The translations under genes were made by a program, and so were the position numbers. 64,000 nt of DNA from Octopus sinensis (taxonomy: Eukaryota). Shown piece after piece: positions 12,933 through 22,729 of this stretch (the first letter of the stretch is position 1; each line of letters begins with the position of its first letter). The notes under the pieces were generated by a model. The model was not told the origin of the DNA and did no database searches. It was given only the letters and a program-made list of their open reading frames with translations. The stretch lies in assembly GCF_006345805.1 (NCBI RefSeq), contig NC_042997.1, forward strand, positions 41,044,001 to 41,108,000, in the 5' to 3' direction.

Positions 12933-15250
12933 ATCAGTAGAGCACTTAAAAGGTGCAAACCACCGCCGAGACAATACCAACATCCACTCAACGATGAGCC
13001 AGAGATGATTTTTAGAAAGAGAATATCTGAAATAAACTCGACTGCTCTCACAAACGAGAATACTAAAAGTGAACTCGACCGCTCTCAAAAATTAGATGGA
13101 GTAAGCAAATTAATGCTGAAAACGGCAGGATCCGCATACTTCGCCTCGATGAATGACTCTCACCACTCTGACTCGTAAATAATTTATGGCACCAATTTAT
13201 GAAAAGAAATGAGGCTCCAGAAATATATAACGCGTAACGTTATTGGACCTTCGATCCAGCGCCCGCGCAACACTCAGCTAATCACAACACAGGGTTCAAT
13301 AAATGTCCAATGACTTATATGATAGTTATTTTAACCTATCTCAACAGAGTAGCGTGGTGAGCTTTCAGAAACTAACTTAATGTTTCCAAATATACAATAA
13401 TAGAAATTGGCCTCGCTACACATCTATCACTTCCATATATTCAGAATATTGCTATTGGTCAGAATTTTACTATTCGTCTAGGCATTATAGTGGAATATGC
13501 AAGGGAACAGCACTTCCCTTCTTGGAGCCCATAGCCAAGATGTGGATGTGACTAATCCAGAATTTGATTCTTCTTACGGTTTATAATCTACTAGTTCCAT
13601 TTATATATTGTGTTTGTATAGAATTCAACATCTTCGTGCAGTCACGTATTAAAGCTTGCTTGTCAGCCTGGACGTATTACAAATTGTCTGTTGTATGTCA
13701 TATTTTCACAAGATTGTAAGTACTGCAACTACGTGTGACAAGCACCCAATATAGGTTAAGAGTTGCATATTGAGGTAAGGCACAGATGTGTAGATGTCTG
13801 TAGATGTGTTTTTGAACATTGTAATCCTGCAGAGTTAGATTCATAATGAGATTGTTCGTCATAGTGCTTGTATTATATTGGGGGCTCATCGTTATAGAAC
13901 CTATGGAATTGTGGGCAACGGTATGGAGAAGGGGCCATATGAGGACCGAAAGGCAGAGAGAAACAGATCAAGGAGAAGTAAGTTATGGTGTGAAAAATAG
14001 TGAAGAATGATAATGTTTGTGGTTCACAATGAAGAGAGAAAATATGTTAAACGAAACAGCGGAGATGAAAGACAATTATAAAAATGTTGAACGTCTTTCC
14101 TGGCTTAATTCTCCACGCGCAGGGAAGCAACATGTGATATGAGAGAGAGAGAAGCATGAACTGACGACGAAAGTGTATGGGAGAGGCAAAGCTATAAAAG
14201 AGAGGAGAGAGAGAGAGAGAGAGAGAGAGAAGTAGCAAAAGAGATAGAGAGTGAGTGAAGGAGAAATGTCATGGAGACAGATTTGTTTTCTTCACTGAAA
14301 GGAGAATAGAGAAAATATGTGTTCACAGATAATAACGAAAATATATATTTTAAAACTTTTTACTTTATTTCAGTCATGAGACTGCAGCCATGCTGGAGGA
14401 GGTGGAGGGCCCTGGAATAAGTTTTAGTCGAACGAATTGACCCTAGTACTTTTTTCTCAGTATGGTGAAAATTGCCCAAAGTGTCATGTCACACGTTGAG
14501 ACCCCCCCCCCAAAAAAAAAAAACGGAATTATGTGGTTGGGAAGCAAACCTAATATTGATGGTCTCAGACGATATATGGGGAAAATGGGCTATGAAAATG
14601 AATAGCATTATATACAGATTAATTACACCAAGCAAAGGAAATAATTACACTGAATGGTTCTTATGTTGAACATGTCAAAGAGAGCTGTGTAGTACCCGTC
14701 GCACTAGACAGACAGGTTAGAAAAGACAGGTCACGCTAGCATGTATATTATTTGAGAGATTTCAGAAACAGGATCTGGAGCTTGTAGGACATCAGCCAGC
14801 GATGTATTGATAGGTTGCACATTTTTGTTTCTCTAATCAGGGTCTAGAAACACATGCGTAAGAGGTTATTAAAATGTATTTAAAACTAAAGAGATATTAT
14901 AAGGAGAGTAGCGTAATTTGTATAAGAAATGTTATTTACATGACATAAACCAGAACTGAAGTAGTCAGCTGGAAGAGAGTGAAATGGTGCGACCATCTAC
15001 TTAGGAGGAAACTAAAAAATAATTCCTTAGTTCAGTCGATGTACCAAGACATCTAAAACCACAGTCCATGTAATAAGCAGTAGAAATGACAGAGCTGTTA
15101 CGATACACGGCTACATATCTTTTAACAGCAACAAGCAGAGCATAAAAAGAAGGGCGTAGCGGTGTTCCGGCTGGCAAGAGAGCGACCAATGATCCGAAAA
15201 ACAGAAGAAGCTAAAAAGCACACACATACATACACACACACGCACGCACG

Positions 15251-15285
<35 letters not shown>

Positions 15286-15868
15286 AAATAGACACATGGA
15301 CTATTGGTTCGGTGCGTTCTGTCCACGAGAAAAACACTTCCAGTGCAGTCATCTGAGAAGAAATACCAGCAACAACCAAGGGTTAAACTTGCAACACACT
15401 GGCATCTCTTTTAGTGGGATGTCTTCTATCCAAGGTGTTGGAATATGTTGGATACCGAGAAAGACTGCGGCCTAATAAGCCTGAATATCATGTAGAGCAT
15501 ATAACTAAGAAACTACTTCAATGAAGACATTGAGGCATGCGCAGTCTCGTGTTAGTGTAACATTGATGGAGTGAAAGTAGACATGAATGTGTAGAAGACA
15601 AATCTACGTCCGGTGCTTTGATTGGAATGTAGCTGTTTGTGAAAGGTTGATTACTTGAACAATGACAGTTGAATGACCTGATAATGCTAATTAGATAAAT
15701 GATCATAAGTCTAATCAACATGATACATTTTGCAAGTTTTAACATTTTAGTGGAATGTTTAAAATAACAAATGGAATCAATGCCTCTTCCAGTGGTATTT
15801 GATCTTAGTCTGCGTATAACAGTATTTCATCTAGAAAACGAACGGTAGCAACAGATCAGATTTAATCC

Positions 15869-15874
15869 TTTATT
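15869..15874 (-). terminator. Candidate polyadenylation signal (AATAAA) of the minus-strand gene
   Basis: About 460 nt downstream of the TGA; at the homologous position to AATAAA 1815-1820 in the inverted paralog. Confidence 0.45.
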
Positions 15875-16079
15875 TAACAATTCTAAAGCTTACATTGATA
15901 ACATTAAAATGGCAAGAAGATAGAATATCAATATAATTTCAAATAATGCAATATTTTCTGTTTCAAGCCAAAGTGAGGTCCTGAAACTCGTTTAAATTAC
16001 TTTATGGTGGATTATACAGTCTCATGCATGCATAGTGTTGTATTGAAACGTACAATTATAGTATCGTTACAAGGAAAGA

Positions 16080-16285
16080 ATATTTTATATTATATATGGA
16101 GAAATTATCATTTCATATTATATATGAAGAAAATATAATTTTATATCATATATGAAGAAAATATTATTTCATATTATATATGCAGAAAATATAATTTTAT
16201 ATCATATATTAAGAAAATATTACTTCATATTATATATGGAAAAAATTTTATTTTGTATTATATATGCAGAAAATATCGTTTTATA
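16080..16285. repeat. AT-rich minisatellite, unit about 28 bp, about 7 copies, in the putative 3' UTR
   Basis: Recurrent ttt(t/c)atattatatatg(a/c/g)agaaaatat units. Confidence 0.85.
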
Positions 16286-16333
16286 GCATAAAATATCAAA
16301 GACGATTCTTGGAGGCTCTTTATCGATTTTCAT

Positions 16334-16386
16334 TCAAAAGTTTGTTTCTGCTGTTCTATCCTCTGTTCCATTACCAGTACTTGAAC
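16334..16386 (-). CDS. Terminal coding exon (G)SSTGNGTEDRTAETNF* of the minus-strand receptor-like gene
   Basis: Acceptor ttacattatgtttccag|GTTCAAG; phase 1, compatible with the donor of exon 27179-27321; TGA at 16334-16336; homologous to 1455-1507. Confidence 0.72.
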
Positions 16387-16599
16387 CTGGAAACATAATG
16401 TAAAAACAAAATATAAAATTTTAAGTACATTAATTACCGGATAGTATTAATTTGTATATATATATGTGTTTATTTCTTACTTTTTGAACTGTTAGAGCTG
16501 TTTTCGTTATGTATCCAGTACAACCCTTAAACAAGTAAATAATATTTTCCTAAACAATAGATCAACGTATTTCAGTTTGTGACTTATTCACAAATATAC

Positions 16600-16905
16600 C
16601 ATGAATGACGATGCCTTTCATGTTACTTCAGCCAATTGACAAGCGCTGATGGAAGAACGGTTCTGCTTTGAGACAAATACACTGTCAAAACAAAGGTCAC
16701 ATCCTGTTTACATGTAAGAACACTTTCCTAAAATCTATCTGTACATCTTGAAAATGGCCAGCGTGTATATTTCACAGAAGACAATACTCGAAAGGTAGAA
16801 CTGAATCCATGAGAAACTACTTTGACAGCATTCTTCAAATTATGCCAATGTGATCTATGTACCAGAACACTGTTGTACGTAGAGATCCCCGTGTTCTCTA
16901 CCTGG
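16600..16905 (+). mobile_element. Helitron Rep/helicase remnant
   Basis: Translation LSVHLENGQRVYFTEDNT...P*ETTLTAFFKLCQCDLCTRTLLYVEIP matches the conserved Helitron VHLENGQRVYF...TTLTAFF.LC...LLY.EIP block. Confidence 0.8.
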
Positions 16906-17812
16906 GCACACAATATATATATGCACACATATATTTATTCATTTATATTTTTTTTAAATAATGAATAACATGACCATCCCGAAATATGTGTGTGTATGTG
17001 TATATATATTTTTACATTTTCTCGATCAATATATAATTTGTTACCAGATTTGACTAGTAAAAATGCTAATGTCTGTTTCGCGGCCCCTATTGTTGCATTT
17101 CCTCAATATTGACCACTACTTAGACATACTGATCGGATGCGCATAAACCTCTTTTATGCTGGAAATAGATAGACCTTATATTGATTTGCGAGTGGTAAAA
17201 TGAAATGAATGGAAACGGAGTGAAAAAAATTATATCATTGTTTGGCAATGGGATATGATTTATTCCTCTTTTATATCTCTTAGAGATGAGTTAAAGCGTA
17301 TGAGCTGTGTGTGTATCTATCGTTTCTTATTCAAAACTTAACATGATCACTTCAAACAAAATGAAATTCCGCCGAGGAAAATTATTTGCAGCACTAAAAA
17401 TCTTTCCTGTTTGAATTAAAGAAAGTACTGGATTTGTGTGAATTTTTATGCCCAGTAGAGTCTGCATCTTCTACTTCTATACAAAATAAGAAGAAAACAT
17501 TTTTGTCCTCGGTTAATTGGTATAATTAAAAAGAAACTGAGCAAAGACAAACAGTTCCGTAGGGACAAGAAACGGAAAAGTGCAAAATAAAATGCTGATT
17601 TATTGAAATTACCCAAGCTTTGAGAAAATGTAAATAAATAGTTGTATGTATGAGAGAGAGGGAGAGAGTCTGTGCGCTTGCGTGCACGCGTGGGTGTCCT
17701 AAGATATCATCCATTGTGGTTGATGATGACGACAACGACGAAGAGGATGGTAATGGTGATTGATAAAGCTAATTATGATGGTAATGGTGATAAAAATGAT
17801 CAGAAACAAGAT

Positions 17813-17912
17813 ACTTTCATTAGGAACTTCATGTGACTTTTCTGAACACCTAAGTTAAGCAATGCCTGGAATTTGTTCAAAACTTGGGAGATATTGCGCC
17901 GCAGTTGACTTT
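17813..17912 (-). pseudogene. Truncated pseudo-exon copy of exon 30338-30492 (SQLRRNISQVLNKFQALLNLGVQKSHMKF)
   Basis: The 5' part and acceptor are deleted, the gtaagt donor is lost by a 4-nt deletion (atacttacttt becomes atacttt), and there is a 1-nt frameshift near the end. Confidence 0.8.
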
Positions 17913-18803
17913 GAACACTTAAGGAAATTAATTGTTTTGTTTCAATTATTTTTATATTCAAATATAGCTTAGAATTGGATCATCATAGCTACAATAACCG
18001 CATTCAGTATGGTTGAGAACAGAATTAATGAAGAAGGCTAGAACTATAAGCGGGTGACTAAAAGTTGGTCTTAAGAACATATTCGTCCAGTACCGTGGCT
18101 TGCCCTCTTTAGCATGTAAGAAATCCACATGGTGGTCTTCCAACCGTGTATAAATTTTTATATACATTTTATATATATATATATATGTAATTTCCTGGCT
18201 GGTTTTAAATTGCGTGTTAGCCACCTTAAATATTTTATAATCTTCACATTGCCATTTTGTGAAATCAATCCCTAATTCCTATGGCATTCTCAATGATACT
18301 GACAGGTGTGAGTTAGCCTCCAGCAGCCGTAATGGAGTGAGCATTGCTGATGAGTATTAACTTCCTATAAGAAATTACCATGCTAATCTAATCCATCGGC
18401 TTACCGTGGGGAATGTTGTCCCCCCCCCTGTCAATGCACCATGTGTTTTTTTATGGCTAAGGTGTCTATGACTATAATTTAACACAATCACTGGTAAAAG
18501 GTTGCAAGACTCAACGAAATGTTTTAGGAAAATAAAAATAAGAAATACGTTGAAATTTTACCGGTGAGTGTGTTGAATTATAAGGCAAAAAAGAAAATGG
18601 CTCTCCCCAGACAGAACAGAATATGCTTCAACACACGAATTCATATAAATAATTTTGGAAACCAAATCCCAAAACGAAATAGTCTATGACTAATATTTCT
18701 AATAATGCTGGTGCTCACTGCACTGTTGTCACCTTTAGTGACTGTGAATTATTTCCCTGTTGGTCTTAAAATGCTGATAGCCGCATTGATTTATATATAC
18801 ACG

Positions 18804-18873
<70 letters not shown>

Positions 18874-18955
18874 TATATTATAAATACGTTCGTATATGTA
18901 AGTATATCGTATGTTGTATATGTATATATTTGTATTTATTTAATTTTCTGAGTAT

Positions 18956-19014
18956 ATTCCACTGATGAAGGCAGAGCATTTCTTATGCAGAGTCAGAAAT
19001 CTGAGATCTGGAAT
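18956..19014 (+). ncRNA. Candidate type I hammerhead ribozyme
   Basis: ATTCCA-CTGATGA-AGGC...GCAT-TTCTT-ATGC...GTCA-GAAA-TC-TGA-GA-TC-TGGAAT: perfect 6-bp stem I, both core motifs, AUC cleavage triplet. Confidence 0.6.
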
Positions 19015-19392
19015 TATCCAGTAATTTTTACTAGTTTATTTTGTCTCTTCGTCTTCTCTCCTGGTGCTATATGAACATTTAATGTGGTTTTAGGATCAAG
19101 ATTTGACTGCTCTTACCCTATATTATAATTTTAAATAATTATTACCTTTGATGGTTTTTATTCCCATGCTGGCCACCTGATAAAACCGATATTTAAATAT
19201 TGGTTTGTTTGTCCTTTGTATAATAAAACTTTGATAAAACACTTAAGCATTTCGTCGAAGGTATGAATTAGTATACTGTGGGTCACAAGTACAACGCTGT
19301 TGATTATGGTGACGTATAATACATGCGATAAAATCGAACGTTTGGACCAAACCAAATAAATTTGAATAAATGTGTTAGAAACTTTTGCTTAC

Positions 19393-19445
19393 CCAGGATA
19401 TTCAACTCTGAATTTTCCAGTCACGGTTAAAAACTCATTCTCCAT
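19393..19445 (-). pseudogene. Duplicate of exon 34739-34791 (MENEFLTVTGKFRVEYPG), frame and splice sites intact
   Basis: cag|ATG...GG|gtaag, 53 nt; its neighbouring duplicate exons are broken. Confidence 0.7.
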
Positions 19446-19533
19446 CTGCAAAAGCCGGATGTGTATATATATATGCATACATTAAATTCAAGAAACAAAG
19501 TTTGATTTAAAAGCGTTGAGATGTACTGAAAGA

Positions 19534-19885
19534 TACAGATGAGGAAATAATTTTACTTCCAAACGCAGGATAATGCTAATAATATAGCATGAACAGGATG
19601 AAATATCCATATTTTGCAGCTAGCTATGAGACTCAAACTCACATCCTGAGATTACGCGTCAAGTGCTTTACCATTAAGCTAAGCTGCCCGAACGACAAAT
19701 TCTGCTGCAAATTTAGGATATATAAATCTAGCTTTAGAAGTAGCGTTATCACAGGGATATGAGTTCAAGTCTCATGACTGATCGCCGACAGATTTTTCTG
19801 CAAAATATGGATAGTTTTTATCCTGTTCAATATATATTATTAACATTATCCTGCGTTTGAAAATAAACTTATTTTCTCCTCTGTA
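19534..19885. mobile_element. Palindromic element with inverted arms of about 85 bp enclosing tRNA-like heads (second copy about 34882-35231)
   Basis: 19534-19619 is the reverse complement of 19798-19885; inner minus strand reads GGGCAGCTTAGCTTAATGGTAAAGCACTTGACGCGTAATC...GAGTTTGAGTCTC. Confidence 0.7.
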
Positions 19886-20113
19886 ATATATATATATATA
19901 TATATAGTAAAATTTGAAGAGTAAAACATTAAAAATAAAAATAACAAAAAACAAAAAGACGTGCGCGTGGAATATATTAGCTGGACGCTCGGTAAAATGG
20001 AGGAAAAGAGAGCGTTTTTAACGTTCCGAGCATAGGTCTCTGTCGGAAAGGAAAACGGAAAAGTTGAGAGAAGGAGAATATTACCAAAAGTACCTGTGTA
20101 GTTACATATGTAC

Positions 20114-20182
<69 letters not shown>

Positions 20183-21219
20183 TGCATGTTCGCGCGCATG
20201 TGTGTGTAAAGATAGGATTAGTGAATAATTTGAGTGGGATTTCATTTACTGTCAGAATCGGAAATTATATCACGGAATATATAAATGATGATCATTGTGT
20301 GAACTTCTTTTACAGACAAAATAGTGGATCAAACACTCTTTTTATTGACCAGCAAAAAATCAGTAAGTTAGAAAGAAGTTTATGTAATAATTTACTATCA
20401 GTAATTGGAGTTTATTGTCTGAATTTCAGGAAACCCAAATACAATTATTTCGCAGTTTTTACTACGGTCTACTGCATGTTCATGTCTCAGTATATTTACG
20501 TGGCTGTATAAAAGTCTATATATACTTACATGCATACAAATTATGAACATATGGATTGCATTAGATTGCCGATGTTCAGTCCACTGCAGAACGAAGGTCT
20601 CAGTATAATCTCTCTACCAACCCTGTCTGATGTGGAGGCCGTGTTTTGACCTCGAGAGTATACTAGTTCGATGAACCTAACAACTCACACTAGCTCAACA
20701 AAGCTTGGCAGGGGAGTAAATACTCATACAGAGGTGTAGTAAAAACGATTAAAGGATGAAGGGCAAAGTCGGCTGCAGTAGAATTTGAACTCAAAATATA
20801 AAGATGGGCGAATTACCGCTTATCCTTTTGCTCGACGTACAAAAGACTTTTCCGGCTCGCCGCAGAATATGCAGGGAATCAAATAATAAATAAATACGCA
20901 TATAATGTTTATCTATATATTTGATTTGAACATGTATTTACAAATGTATGTATTTATGTGTTTAAGCTGATCAGGCTAAACTTTGAAATACCTGTTATCA
21001 TTTAACAAAATCGATATCACCATCTACTAAACGTATTGAGCTCACTCACTATTTAAATTGACGTTTTGCATTTCTTCTATAAAATATGCATGTGTGTGTG
21101 TATGTGATCATGAATGTGTGTATGCATGTGTGCGTGTGGTCAGTGCGTGTGTGTGTGTGCAAACGTGTGTGTATGTGTGAGTGTGCGGAGAAAGAGAGAG
21201 AGGGCAGATATCTACTCAC

Positions 21220-21301
21220 GGCTCTTGATATGTTCTCAGCAGGGATTTTATATTCGTTAACGTTTTTGAAATCAAACGAAATGCGAAGGATTTGGTCCAG
21301 C
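21220..21301 (-). pseudogene. Duplicate of exon 36552-36634 with a 1-nt deletion (WTKSFAFRLI[fs]KNVNEYKIPAENISRA)
   Basis: tag|GC...CC|gtgag sites retained, but 82 nt instead of 83. The deletion is in a T run, so it could be a sequencing error. Confidence 0.75.
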
Positions 21302-21542
21302 CTATGGATTGATATAGAAAATAATTGCTGTATTTATAAATGAGACACACGTCATAGATGCACATAAAACCCACATACGTAGATCAAAATACACATTCAT
21401 AATCAAATATACACTTAAAATACTATATATAAATATATATATATATATATATACGAATGTACATACTCACATTACTACATCTGCATCTACATGTATAAAC
21501 ACATATATAATGCATGTTTGTACACATACACAGTTCCATGTA

Positions 21543-21601
<59 letters not shown>

Positions 21602-21758
21602 ATATATATATTATATATATATATATATATATACGTACATATACACATATATATATATGTATATATATATGTATATATATATATGCAAATCAGCCCACAA
21701 TTGCATACATACATAACACATATATAAGTTATATTCATATGTACATACATAAGTAAAC

Positions 21759-21795
<37 letters not shown>

Positions 21796-22244
21796 ATATA
21801 TATATATATACATGTAGGAACATTTATTTGCATCTATGTGCACGTACACGTATCCAATATAGGATTTCATTATGGGGACAGCACTTCTGTGAAACGATCG
21901 TAAGATGCCTTAAATACTGAATTCAAACCTTTTAAACTGTCATATACATTATATATTTATACGTATACATATATACATATATTTTTATAAATATTTATAT
22001 TTATTTATTTATATATTCTTAATACAACAATTTTTTTTCACATGTGTATATCTTTCTGAGAAGTTTTCTGATATTGAATTCTTAATATTAATAATAATAT
22101 ATTATTTAAAAATATATATAATCGCTCGTATTAAATATATAAATACCTTAATAGTATTAATACTTTGATACAATAGAGCACTCAATATATATTCAGTATA
22201 TAATATTCTCATTGAATATATTTGACTAAAGATTCATATATACT

Positions 22245-22670
22245 CTTTACTCTTTTTACTCTTTCATTTGATTCAGTCATTTGACTGTGGCCATGCTGGA
22301 GCACCGCCTTTAGTCGAGCAAATCGACCCCAATACTTATTCTTTGTAAGCCTAGTATTTATTCTATCGGTCTCTTTTGCCGAACCGCTAAGTTACAGGGT
22401 CGTAAACACACCAGCATCGGTTGTCAAGCGATGTTGGAGGGGGGTGACAAAAACAGACACAAACATATACACACATACACACACATAGATATACATACAT
22501 ATACATATATACGACAGGCTTCTTTCAGTTTCCGTCTACCAAATCCACTCACAAGGTTTTGGTCGGCCCGAGGCTATAGTAGAAGACACTTGCCCAAGGT
22601 ACCACGCAGTGGGACTGAACCCGGGACCATGTGGTTCGTAAGCAATATACTTACCACACACCCACTACTA

Positions 22671-22672
<2 letters not shown>
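22245..22672 (-). mobile_element. tRNA-derived SINE (second octopus-type family, internal CA repeat)
   Basis: Minus strand starts with a tRNA-like head (GTGTGGTAAG...GGGTTCAGTCCCACTGCGTGGTACCTTGGGCAAGTG) and ends GGTGCTCCAGCATGGCCACAGTCAAATGACTGAA...AAAAGAGTAAAAGAG. Fragments of the same family occur near 2930-3060, 14370-14520 and 53030-53510. Confidence 0.85.
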
Positions 22673-22711
<39 letters not shown>

Positions 22712-22729
22712 TTAAGTATATAAATGAAT

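Larger units (their letters stand above)
16950..21420 (-). repeat. Direct segmental duplicate of about 29500-36740, carrying decayed copies of three SEA-like exons
   Basis: Collinear similarity: 17040~29560, 17955~31372, 19230~34575, 20215~35595, 21220~36552. Paired ORFs 17958/31375. Confidence 0.93.

Noticed and set aside
17958-18224. 88-aa ORF conserved at 31375-31641
   Set aside because: Conservation reflects the recent segmental duplication; the ORF crosses a TA repeat and has no domain or fitting splice phases.
21486-21870. YIYI/CVCV-rich ORFs here and at 726-914, 31873-32661, 33281-33688, 46068-46562 and 53019-53402
   Set aside because: Dinucleotide and tetranucleotide microsatellite read-through.
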